Positions 37,276-45,478 of a DNA stretch of 64,000 bases are shown piece by piece (within the stretch, counting starts at the first letter, position 1; each line of letters starts with the position of its first letter). Source of the stretch: a virus; IMG/VR virus record IMGVR_UViG_3300028666_000023, positions 89,104 through 153,103 of that record; one strand, given 5' to 3'. The position numbers and the translations under genes are program-made. Below the pieces are notes generated by a model that was given only the letters and a program-made list of their open reading frames with translations, was not told the origin of the DNA and searched no databases.

Positions 37276-37859
37276 CAGGCCACTTCCTTTCCAGAACTGA
37301 AGGCATTGGTGTGGAGATCCAAGTAGTCCGCCATCGCGCGCAAGAGAGCGGAGGACTCCCTCATCAAACCCAGTGCCGTGTTGCACTTTCGGCAGAGCAG
37401 CGCGCGCAGGTAATTAGTCCCCGGTAGATGGTCGACGGCTAAGAGGGGGATCTTGCCATTTCGCAGGTCTGTCTCGGGATTCTTGCAGATCGCACAGACG
37501 CCATCCTGTGCTTCGAACTGCGCAACGTAGTCCCTCAAGGAAATACCGAATGTCTTTCGAAGGTAGAGGTCTTTCAGATGACCCGCATGCGCTTCCGTGT
37601 AGTGCTTGGCACAAAAGCCTTTCGCAGCGTGCTTGCGCGTACAACCAGGTGTCTCGCAGAAACGATCCTTGGTGGGATTCTGAGCGCACCCACAAGACTT
37701 TGTAAGGCCGCGCTTCAGACTCGTGCTTCGCACTTCTGTGCGCTTCCCGCACGTGCAGAGACACTGCCAAACACTCTTCCCAGCAGCGTCGCTGCCCGTG
37801 AGTCGTTCTACGCGCAGATGACCGAAGGTTTGACCGGTAAGTTCTAGACGCCTGGTCAT
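37275..37859 (-). CDS. homing endonuclease, recombination endonuclease VII-like domain
   Basis: LTGQTFGHL...WQCLCTCG; FGISL.DY...QDGVCAICK...LAVDH...RALLCRKCNTALG. Confidence 0.88.
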   Translation of the reverse strand: MTRRLELTGQTFGHLRVERLTGSDAAGKSVWQCLCTCGKRTEVRSTSLKRGLTKSCGCAQNPTKDRFCETPGCTRKHAAKGFCAKHYTEAHAGHLKDLYLRKTFGISLRDYVAQFEAQDGVCAICKNPETDLRNGKIPLLAVDHLPGTNYLRALLCRKCNTALGLMRESSALLRAMADYLDLHTNAFSSGKEVA

Positions 37860-38869
37860 TAGATGGACCTTCGAACCGCGAAGTCTATGTTCTGCTCTTG
37901 AACGCGGAACACGTCGTTCGTCCCGACAGAGGGGTCGAGGAGGTTGATCGACGTGATGCTCGTGTCGGTGGGGACGACGACGTCGCGCACGAGGTCGGTG
38001 CCGCCAACGGCGACGGTGATCTCCTGTCCGCGCGGCAGAAGAATCTCCGCGTGTCCATTCACATCGGTGAGGAGCAGCGTGTTCCCGCCGGCGACAGTCC
38101 GCCCTTCGACGAGAGCGCCGCTGAACTTCATGCCGATCAAGATCTCCTGCCCGTTGAGTGCCGCGCCCGATGCCCCAACGAGGTCGACGTAGCAGCGCAC
38201 GAGATTGGCCGAGGAGATACCGACGATGGAGATCGCCTGCGACGGAAGGGAGAAGTCGCTGACGAGACGCGAGGCGGAGTTGAAGAAGCGCGTCTTGTAG
38301 TAGAATTGGGGCGAGCCGTTCGGATCGATGACGCTGTAGAGCTCCTTGCCGGAGACCAGCAGCACGCGCGCATCAACACCGAAGGCGATGGAGCCAGGCT
38401 CGGTGGTGGCAAAGCCGAGGATAGGAGCAGCCTCCCCGCCGACGCAGCGAAGCATCGCGATCTCCCCGACCTGCGCGGTCTGCACGACAACCTGCCCGCT
38501 CGCTACGTAGCTAGAAAGAAGCTGGTTCGATTGCGCGGCAATCTGCGTGGCGACCTGCGCGAGGGTCAGCGGGTCAGCCCCGGTGAACGTGATGTCCACC
38601 GGGTACTTCTCGTCGATGAGGAAGTGCAGGTCCGTCCCGACGATCGTGACGAACGCGCCGGTCTGAGGTGGGGACGGTGCGGTGGTGGGTGCTCCGACAG
38701 GCAGCGTCGCCGGAGCCCACGCGTCTCCATTGAGGGACGTGTAGGGCCCGTCGGCGGTCGTCTGCGATCGCCACACCTCGAGACGATCGAACATCCCCTG
38801 CCAGGCAGTGAGGGGAATGAAGAAGTCGAGCTTGATGCTCTGCCTCGTAACAAGCGTCGACTGCGTCAT
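37859..38869 (-). CDS. putative virion structural protein
   Basis: 336 aa, beta-rich; LTDVNGHAEI module; similar in character to 36379-37275. Confidence 0.65.
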   Translation of the reverse strand: MTQSTLVTRQSIKLDFFIPLTAWQGMFDRLEVWRSQTTADGPYTSLNGDAWAPATLPVGAPTTAPSPPQTGAFVTIVGTDLHFLIDEKYPVDITFTGADPLTLAQVATQIAAQSNQLLSSYVASGQVVVQTAQVGEIAMLRCVGGEAAPILGFATTEPGSIAFGVDARVLLVSGKELYSVIDPNGSPQFYYKTRFFNSASRLVSDFSLPSQAISIVGISSANLVRCYVDLVGASGAALNGQEILIGMKFSGALVEGRTVAGGNTLLLTDVNGHAEILLPRGQEITVAVGGTDLVRDVVVPTDTSITSINLLDPSVGTNDVFRVQEQNIDFAVRRSI

Positions 38870-38872
38870 GAG

Positions 38873-39202
38873 TCAGTTCTCGCTGGGGATGGGGGGAGGA
38901 ATCGGGAGAGCTGTCGTTGCGTCGGCGGCCTTGCGAAGCAAGCGGCCGGTCTTGTCGATGGCAGCCGGGGTGATCGGAAAGCCGTACTTCTTGTCGAGCG
39001 ACTTGCGGAACTCGATCGCGGCGAACGTCGCTTCCTGCGTGGCATTTGCGAGCTCTTGGACCTGCTGCTGCGCGAGCTGCTGTTGCAGACGGAGGTTCTG
39101 CAACCGCATGTGGTGGTTCTCCATCTGGAGGCGATCGACCTCCTCGATGAACTCCGCTTTCGTGAAGTCCTGCTCGCCGTTGGTTGTGGTTTCTTCAGCC
39201 AT
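38873..39202 (-). CDS. small coiled-coil protein
   Basis: Gln-rich helix; AGGAG SD. Confidence 0.65.
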   Translation of the reverse strand: MAEETTTNGEQDFTKAEFIEEVDRLQMENHHMRLQNLRLQQQLAQQQVQELANATQEATFAAIEFRKSLDKKYGFPITPAAIDKTGRLLRKAADATTALPIPPPIPSEN

Positions 39203-39216
39203 TGTCTTCTCCTGGT

Positions 39217-39438
39217 TCAACTTCCGGTGAGGAAGTCGTTGATTGAAGCTACTACCAGATCGGAGGAGGCATCGACAGTTGCTTGCGCGAGCCTCTCCGA
39301 CCCAGTCCTACCCTTCAGGATGGCCTTCGCCGACGAGACTCGGTTGTTGAGCTCGTCGGTCCGCGACTTCCCCCAGTCCTGCGCCGCCTGCGACAGCTTG
39401 TCGAGACGTGCGTCGCGGTCTGCTTGGGAAGTCGCCAT
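39217..39438 (-). CDS. small hypothetical protein, first gene of a structural unit
   Basis: ATG 7 nt after TACACT (39446-39451). Confidence 0.65.
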   Translation of the reverse strand: MATSQADRDARLDKLSQAAQDWGKSRTDELNNRVSSAKAILKGRTGSERLAQATVDASSDLVVASINDFLTGS

Positions 39439-39463
39439 GGCCACCAGTGTAGCGCCTTCTGGG

Positions 39464-40630
39464 CTACGCCTTCAACGCGTTAGAGAGCAGGTCTCCGGCC
39501 GCGCGCTGAAGCTCCGCTTTCCGGTCGCTGTCGTCCGTTTCGGTGGCCAGAAGCGCCACCACCGAGCTCGCCCAGTACGCGGAGGGCTGCGGGGTATTGT
39601 CCTTGTCGAAGGTGATGGGCGGCAGGTCGATGATGCCCGTCTTCGATGTGGTCATGATGGACTCCATCCACTCGAGCTCCACCTTCGAAAGGAGCCTGCC
39701 GAGGTTCGTCTTGAGGCGCGGCCAAGGGATCTGCTCTTCGTGGGCGAGCTGCATCGCCTTCACCAATCGTTCGACGGTCTTCGCGGAGAAGCCGGCGGTC
39801 ACGGCGTCTGCGATCGCCGACTGCTGCGCGGTGACTTCCTTGCGTGCGGTGTCATCGGAGATCTCGAGGTCGCTGTCCTGAATGATGGAGCCGAGGTGCA
39901 CGCGGTTGACCGACTCGTCGAGCACCGAGCTCGAGCCGGACGCGACACGCCACACGGTCTGGCAAACGGTGAGGCGGCCCTTGCCGAAATCGCTGTTTGA
40001 CCACTCGGTGCCGATGCAGATGAACTCCCCGGGGAAGGGCTCGTGCACCTGCGGCATGATGCACTTCAAGTACGAGCGGACCGCCGTGTTACCGGCCTCG
40101 ACGGGTTGTGCCCCCTGCGCACGGCACACCTCGACGAACGCGTTGAGCAACGGCGCGCTTGCCAAGAAGCGATTGAAGCGGCGCGAGAGGAACCCTCGGA
40201 GCTCGTTGTCGACGATGCGATGGAGAAAGCGCGGTGCCTCGCCACCCGTCGACTTGAACGGCGTGTTGTAGAAGAGACGATTGAGGCTGTCGCCCAGCAG
40301 CCCAAGGCGCCACGGTTCGGGAACGTTGAGCATGTTCGCGTACGTCATCGGCAGCTTCACCTTCTCGCAGAGCTGACCGAAGGCGTGCGGGTGAAGCTTG
40401 ACGAAGCTGAAGCTGCCGTCCGAGTTCTTGTACTGGAGGAGCAGCTCGTTGTTCCTGAAGATCGGATCGAGGGAAAACTCCATTGCCTCTTTGGTCGGGG
40501 GGACGAGCCTGTCCTGGATGACGGTCTTCTTCACCGCCTCGAGGAGGTCCTTCTCTTCTTTGCGGCCCACTTCAATGCGCGCAGCGACCTTGCGTTCGGC
40601 CGCGGTCTTCTTCTCGTGCAGTTCGTACAT
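39464..40630 (-). CDS. DUF932/DUF945-like protein
   Basis: LHPHAFGQLC...LRGFLSRRF...WSNSDFGKGRLTV...RVHLG. Confidence 0.7.
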   Translation of the reverse strand: MYELHEKKTAAERKVAARIEVGRKEEKDLLEAVKKTVIQDRLVPPTKEAMEFSLDPIFRNNELLLQYKNSDGSFSFVKLHPHAFGQLCEKVKLPMTYANMLNVPEPWRLGLLGDSLNRLFYNTPFKSTGGEAPRFLHRIVDNELRGFLSRRFNRFLASAPLLNAFVEVCRAQGAQPVEAGNTAVRSYLKCIMPQVHEPFPGEFICIGTEWSNSDFGKGRLTVCQTVWRVASGSSSVLDESVNRVHLGSIIQDSDLEISDDTARKEVTAQQSAIADAVTAGFSAKTVERLVKAMQLAHEEQIPWPRLKTNLGRLLSKVELEWMESIMTTSKTGIIDLPPITFDKDNTPQPSAYWASSVVALLATETDDSDRKAELQRAAGDLLSNALKA

Positions 40631-40896
40631 CAGGCCTTGCTCCGATCTTCTCCGTCGATGGCTTCCATCTCGGCCTCGATCGCCGACCGCGCGATGCGGA
40701 TAGCCTGCTCGAGGTCCTTCAGCTCGCGCAGAATCCAGTCACCGTTCATCTCGCTGCCCGGCGGAAGGGTTGGATTCCTAGAAGCGAGTCCCCAACGCTG
40801 CGTCTTGCCGACAGCAGCCATGACCTCACCGCACTCCTCGACGAGGTAGCCGAGCTTCGTTGCTGTCGTATGCGGGTAGTACTTTGTTATGTCCAT
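40630..40896 (-). CDS. MazG-like nucleotide pyrophosphohydrolase domain protein
   Basis: LVEECGEV..AVGK..RWG...RELKDL (EExxE...ExxD). Confidence 0.7.
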   Translation of the reverse strand: MDITKYYPHTTATKLGYLVEECGEVMAAVGKTQRWGLASRNPTLPPGSEMNGDWILRELKDLEQAIRIARSAIEAEMEAIDGEDRSKA

Positions 40897-40913
40897 GCCA
40901 TCTCCTCAGATGC

Positions 40914-40949
40914 AAAAAAGAAGGCGCGCCGATCGCTCGACGCGCCTTC
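40914..40949 (-). terminator. intrinsic terminator
   Basis: GAAGGCGCGTCGA-GCGA-TCGGCGCGCCTTC-TTTTTT. Confidence 0.85.
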
Positions 40950-41060
40950 ATGAAAGATCCGCACCGCCGCCCGGCTTCATCGGATGGGTCCCAAGTCACC
41001 CTGTCCTCTGCCGAGCAGCGGCACTTCCCGTTCGTCGGAGGCGCACCTCCTTCACGGGCT

Positions 41061-41420
41061 TCATCTGTACAGCGCGTTCACCTCTCGGTGCGCCTTGCGG
41101 CACGCATCACAACGGCACTTCCAACGCGGGCTGGTGTACCGTGTGTTGACGCCATGAGGAGGCGCTGCTTCCTGACTCGTCTTCTCCTGATGGCAGTCGT
41201 GGCAAAGAATTTGGCACTTGGCCAGTTCCTTTGCTCTGCGTTTCGGAGACCACGACCACACCTTATGATCAATCTTCGTTGCGCGATTGACGTGGTCGAC
41301 CTCGAGACGATCAGAGGAACCACACTGCTTGCAGACCTTGCCTCGTAAGAAGTCGGCTCGGTTCTTCGCAACCCACTCGCGCTGATACGTCCGCTGTCTT
41401 TCTGGATCTTTGTATCCCAT
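41061..41420 (-). CDS. HNH endonuclease
   Basis: CKQCGSSDRLEVDHV...CQILCHDCH; ATG overlaps the 3' terminal A of tmRNA. Confidence 0.85.
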   Translation of the reverse strand: MGYKDPERQRTYQREWVAKNRADFLRGKVCKQCGSSDRLEVDHVNRATKIDHKVWSWSPKRRAKELAKCQILCHDCHQEKTSQEAAPPHGVNTRYTSPRWKCRCDACRKAHREVNALYR

Positions 41421-41764
41421 GGTGGACCCGGCGGGTACTGCCCCCGCGTCCGACAAGTGCCCAACAACATCCTCTGTCACGTGCGTAGTCGCTGTATCCC
41501 CAGCGACTGAGTCCCGTCGATTCGGCAACGGCACCTACTCTTCTTCGATTCCTCACTGCTGATGGCGAAGTACATCAGTCAGCCAGCTCTGTGGGTTGGC
41601 ACCGGCTTCGCTACTAGAGCACCTTGCTAGCCGATGGCTCAGGCCGCTTGCGCGACGAGGGCGGTTGCGTTGTCGTTCGCAACTGACGTTGCCCGTTTGA
41701 ATGGACCGGGCGCCACTGCACGCAGATGTCGTCTTCTTCTAGCCGTCGAATCTATTTCGGGCCC
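41420..41764 (-). ncRNA. ssrA: transfer-messenger RNA (tmRNA), one-piece
   Basis: 5' GGGCCCGAAATAGATTCGAC; 3' GGACGCGGG-GGCAGTA-CCCGCCGGGTCCACCA; G3:U70 pair in the acceptor stem; tag frame 41680-41639 = ANDNATALVAQAA*; 345 nt. Confidence 0.96.
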
Positions 41765-41769
41765 TTACT

Positions 41770-41943
41770 TCAAACCACTCGTGGTTCTATCTTCTTCCTC
41801 CTCTTGTCACAAGGACAACCGTTGTTCTCCTTTCTGTTGATGCCGCACTCCTCGCAGAACGGTCCGTTGGGGAGCTGTCCGTGGCAATCGCAGTGGAAGT
41901 CCTCCGCGCCACACTGGGAACAGTAGAGCGGCTCGTCGCTCAC
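41770..41943 (-). CDS. Cys-rich mini-protein
   Basis: CSQCG...CDC...CEECG...CPC; stop 5 nt before the tmRNA 5' end. Confidence 0.55.
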   Translation of the reverse strand: MSDEPLYCSQCGAEDFHCDCHGQLPNGPFCEECGINRKENNGCPCDKRRKKIEPRVV

Positions 41944-42227
41944 TTGCGCACCCGGCGCCGGCCCTTCATGTTGCCGAGCGCGAGGAGGAACATCTTCGCG
42001 ACGAACTGGCAGTGCCGCTTGCCTTCTTTGCGGTCGTCGGTTTCCGCCAGGGTGAAGTACTGGACGCCGACACGGAAGAAGGTCTTGTACGTCACGCGAC
42101 GACCCCACTTGAAGGTCTCCACGTAGACGGCCCACGTCTTCTGTTTCTTCTGCACCTGCTTGGCCGCGCGCGTGGCACTCGCAAGCCGTTCGAGCTCATG
42201 TTCGATCGGCGATGTGACCTTCTTCAT
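41940..42227 (-). CDS. hypothetical basic protein
   Basis: Coupled to the sigma gene. Confidence 0.6.
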   Translation of the reverse strand: MKKVTSPIEHELERLASATRAAKQVQKKQKTWAVYVETFKWGRRVTYKTFFRVGVQYFTLAETDDRKEGKRHCQFVAKMFLLALGNMKGRRRVRK

Positions 42228-43051
42228 CAGTCTTCTTCTTCGTGGTCGTACCCCATGAACCTCTTCAGAGTGCCGAGCATCTGCGTCTTCATGTGGGAGA
42301 TCTGTTGATCGGTCTTCTTCATCTTCTTTGCGAGCAGGCCCGTCGATGTGATCTGGGGATGGTCGTTCGTTCCGAAGACGTGGTTGAAGAGCGTGTGCAT
42401 CTCGGGCTTCTGGGGGAAGAGATCGTGCAGCGACTTCGACGCCACAGCGATCTGCTCGTCCTCGAAGCTCGGGAAGTGGTCGTCCATCCCCTCGAGCGAG
42501 CTCGCCGGAACGTCACGACGTTGTGCCTTCAACACGGTGTCGATTCGCTTGGCAGAGATGTTCTGGAACTCTTGTTCCCCGCTCGACTGCAGATGTGACG
42601 CGATCTCCGTGCTCGTCGGCTCGCGCCCGTACTGCTCGGTGAGCTCCTCCTTCGCCACGTTGATGGGCGTGATGAGCGCAGCCTGGCCCGCGGGGATGTA
42701 GGCCATGTTCTGGTTCTTGAGGTTGTACCGCTGCGCCTTGCGGAGGCGGTAGTTCACGTGCGTGTTGAGAGACGCGCCCTTGTTCGGGTCGTACGTCTCG
42801 AGCGCGTTGATGAAGTGCTTCTGGAGCTCTCCCTTGAATGCGCTCTCCGGCGCCGCGTGCGGCGCGCGGTAGTGCCGCATGCGCATCTGCATGAGCGGCT
42901 CGTACGCTTTGAGCAGGGGCTCGAGGTGCTCGGGCTTGCGCGTCTTGTACCAGCGCTTCCAGAGATCGAGCTCCTGCTCCTTTCGGTCAGCCTTCGCGGC
43001 TTCCTTCGCTTGGAGGTGAACCTCCAACGGATTCGGTTTGCGCGCTGCCAT
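42227..43051 (-). CDS. phage-encoded RNA polymerase sigma-70 family factor (group 3-like)
   Basis: Region 2 ALETYDPNKGASLNTHVNYRLR; region 3 YGREPTSTEIASHL; degenerate region 4 HTH. Confidence 0.88.
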   Translation of the reverse strand: MAARKPNPLEVHLQAKEAAKADRKEQELDLWKRWYKTRKPEHLEPLLKAYEPLMQMRMRHYRAPHAAPESAFKGELQKHFINALETYDPNKGASLNTHVNYRLRKAQRYNLKNQNMAYIPAGQAALITPINVAKEELTEQYGREPTSTEIASHLQSSGEQEFQNISAKRIDTVLKAQRRDVPASSLEGMDDHFPSFEDEQIAVASKSLHDLFPQKPEMHTLFNHVFGTNDHPQITSTGLLAKKMKKTDQQISHMKTQMLGTLKRFMGYDHEEED

Positions 43052-43472
43052 CTTCGTTCCCTTCCAGTTTGAGATAGATCGAGTCGTGGATTTGGTGCTC
43101 GATACTAACTTTCTTGCCGAGTATCTGAAGAGTGTCCGCCAACGGCCCCGACTGCAGAAGGAAGCCGGAGATGCTCCCCGACAATGCGGACTTCTCAACC
43201 GCCTTCTGGAAAGCCTCCATGTGTGCGTGCTTCTGCAACTCCTCGAGCACCTCCGTCGCCCCCACACCGCGTGCGATCGCGAGCTTGAGGACCGTGCTCT
43301 GCGACAGGAGTCCACGCATAGCGAGCTTCTGGTACGGAGCGATGTCGAAGGGGAGCGGGCGCAGGATGGCGAGCTCCGTCGCCGCGAGCTCCTCGAGCTC
43401 CTTCTGTTGTTTGTTCCAGGTCGCGTAGTCCTTGGCGTTCTTCAAAGCCCAGCGAACGGTGTGCTTCTTCAT
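42987..43472 (-). CDS. hypothetical protein with faint family-A DNA polymerase-like motifs
   Basis: AATELAIL / IARGVGA / HQIHDSIYL. Confidence 0.5.
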   Translation of the reverse strand: MKKHTVRWALKNAKDYATWNKQQKELEELAATELAILRPLPFDIAPYQKLAMRGLLSQSTVLKLAIARGVGATEVLEELQKHAHMEAFQKAVEKSALSGSISGFLLQSGPLADTLQILGKKVSIEHQIHDSIYLKLEGNEDGSAQTESVGGSPPSEGSREG

Positions 43473-43795
43473 TGGTTGATCTTTGCAGCTACCAGATAGG
43501 ACCCGGGCCCTGTTGCCTTGATGCGGTACGTTCCGTCTTTGCCCTTGGTGCCCGTGATGAGCACCGTGTCTCCGGGGCCCAGACTCTGGTCGACCCCAAG
43601 CAAATCGAACTCACCCTCGCGGTTCGGACCGTCCAACATCTCCCACTCGACCGTGGGCTTGCCGATGACGATGTTCTCGATCTTGGCGAGCTCACGAGCG
43701 GTGCGCTTCCAGCGCTCGCGTTCGATCCAGCGCTTCCAGCGACGTTCTTCTTTCTCTTCGCGTCGCTGCTGTGCGGCGCGACGAGATGCTGCCAT
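43469..43795 (-). CDS. hypothetical protein
   Basis: Coupled on both sides. Confidence 0.6.
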   Translation of the reverse strand: MAASRRAAQQRREEKEERRWKRWIERERWKRTARELAKIENIVIGKPTVEWEMLDGPNREGEFDLLGVDQSLGPGDTVLITGTKGKDGTYRIKATGPGSYLVAAKINQ

Positions 43796-44214
43796 CAGAC
43801 GAAGCCGATGGTCTTCATGACCTTGTCGGTCAGCGTCTCGTCGGCGGCCGTCTTCTCTCGTCCACGCTGAAGCATCGGCGAGTGCGGGTGCCCTTCGCGC
43901 GCGTTGGCGAAGAACTCGGACATCTCTTTCTGCTCGGCGGGCGCGGTGGTCTTCGGGCTGTCGAAGAGGCGATCGATCATCTCGCCGCGGCCGTTGTGCG
44001 CCTCGCGTTCGACAGCGGTGCCGTGGACAGCCGCATCATCGTTCTTGCTGACTGGCGGCTTGTCTCCCCATTTCGCGTCGAGCGTGCCCGGCTTGCGCCC
44101 CTCGGGCGGAGGATAGACGTCGCCGCGGCCCTTGTTGCTCTGGTCCTCGTTGTTCTCGATGCGACCATCGTCCGAAGCCGTCTTCGCGCGGATCAAGTCC
44201 AGTGCCGTCATCAT
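43795..44214 (-). CDS. disordered putative head-internal protein (KTA sites)
   Basis: IRAKTAS...REKTAAD; ATG 7 nt after TAGAAT. Confidence 0.6.
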   Translation of the reverse strand: MMTALDLIRAKTASDDGRIENNEDQSNKGRGDVYPPPEGRKPGTLDAKWGDKPPVSKNDDAAVHGTAVEREAHNGRGEMIDRLFDSPKTTAPAEQKEMSEFFANAREGHPHSPMLQRGREKTAADETLTDKVMKTIGFV

Positions 44215-44224
44215 GCCTCCCATT

Positions 44225-44587
44225 CTAGCGCCTCCCGAGACCGGCACCAAGCGAACCGAGCAGCAGCTTCAACCGCCCGAGTTCTTCGTCAGCCTTGATG
44301 CGCCGGGCAACCTCGAGCTTCAGCGCTTGCTTCGTCACTTCGTGCTCGGCCTTTTCCTTGTGATAGTCGTCGCGCAGCACGGTCAGCACTTCACCCTGGA
44401 AGTCCTCCTCGCCGTAGATGCGGAAGCCGGCCTTCAGCTTCTTCTCGATCTTCTCCCACAGCTCCTCGTTCGCGTACTGCCCGTGCAGCTGACACTCGAC
44501 CTGGAAGGTGCCGTCCTCGAGCTGCCGCGAATGACTCGCCGAAAGAGCGAACGAGATGCTCGGAACCTTCTCTTCTGAATCAACCAA
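44225..44587 (-). CDS. hypothetical protein
   Basis: TTG start with GAGGAGG SD. Confidence 0.6.
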   Translation of the reverse strand: MVDSEEKVPSISFALSASHSRQLEDGTFQVECQLHGQYANEELWEKIEKKLKAGFRIYGEEDFQGEVLTVLRDDYHKEKAEHEVTKQALKLEVARRIKADEELGRLKLLLGSLGAGLGRR

Positions 44588-45143
44588 AGACCACCTCCTC
44601 GATGGAGATTTCCCCCACCACGATTCCAACTGCGCGCGAGACGCCCTCGAAGCCATGACCCTTTGAGGCGCACTCCTTCTGCGCGAATTCGAAGAACGCT
44701 TCGGCCGCGCGCTCGGCGAAGGTTTTCACGACGTCGGCGCGCTCGCTGAGCATGCCATCGTTGAAGAGCTCGAAGCAGAGAGCGAGATCGAGAGCCTTCT
44801 GCGCACGTTGCACGTGCCCCGTCTGCGCGTTGTCCGACCAACCCCTCAAGATCTGCTGCTCGGCAGTCTGCAGCGTGAGCATCTCATGCTCTTGGCGGAG
44901 GTCGGCGATCGTTTGTTTCAACGAGCGTTGTTGTGCTGGACGGCCGAGCACAGCGTTCGCCGTTGTAGCGACGGCGAGCGCCATGCGCACGCCGGTCTTG
45001 CGGACGATGAACTCCTCGGCGCTGCCGGTGTTGAGCCACTTCGTTGCGAACTCGCGGATGACACCGCTCGTTGTGTCAGAGTGCATACCGAAGTCGGCAT
45101 CATTGAGTAGCAAAAGAGAGAGCTTGCAGGTGAATGGACACAC
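44580..45143 (-). CDS. hypothetical protein
   Basis: GTG start after GGAATAAG (45160-45167) and GGAGG. Confidence 0.55.
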   Translation of the reverse strand: MCPFTCKLSLLLLNDADFGMHSDTTSGVIREFATKWLNTGSAEEFIVRKTGVRMALAVATTANAVLGRPAQQRSLKQTIADLRQEHEMLTLQTAEQQILRGWSDNAQTGHVQRAQKALDLALCFELFNDGMLSERADVVKTFAERAAEAFFEFAQKECASKGHGFEGVSRAVGIVVGEISIEEVVFG

Positions 45144-45160
45144 GGTTTCCTCCGTGGTTC

Positions 45161-45478
45161 TTATTCCTCGGAGGTCTTCCTGGTAGCCCAACCGACAAAC
45201 TGCACGTAGTCGTGGAAAGTACAACCGGTGCCAGGGCACACGTAGCTCGGTGAGAGCGTGCCGTCGGGCGAAACCGAATGGATCTTCCTGGAGATGCGGC
45301 ACGTGTGCCCGAGGGGGCACGTCGAGAAGGCCAAGTCTTCTCCGCAGACGCGCGCCCAGCGCTCGTCCCCGGTCTTGGCGAGGACCTCTTCATACGTCGG
45401 CGCGTAGTCCCACGTCTTCGGTGTCGGCAGCACCCCATGGTCGGGGATGCGCTGGTCGCCGCGCGTGAACTCGATCAC
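45161..45478 (-). CDS. DUF6527-like Zn-binding protein
   Basis: CPLGH...GTLSPSYVC...CTFHDYV. Confidence 0.55.
   Translation of the reverse strand: MIEFTRGDQRIPDHGVLPTPKTWDYAPTYEEVLAKTGDERWARVCGEDLAFSTCPLGHTCRISRKIHSVSPDGTLSPSYVCPGTGCTFHDYVQFVGWATRKTSEE

Noticed and set aside
37275-37859. Group I intron around the EndoVII ORF
   Set aside because: There is no flanking non-coding sequence for a ribozyme core; the ORF abuts both neighbours
41078-41840. ORFs 41078-41470, 41311-41556, 41634-41840 and the N-terminal extension of the HNH ORF to 41534
   Set aside because: They overlap the tmRNA gene; the HNH domain and a plausible start begin at 41420
42227-43315. 362-aa version of the sigma ORF
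   Set aside because: The upstream 88 aa overlap another gene; ATG 43051 with an upstream purine-rich SD-like element gives a typical 274-aa sigma
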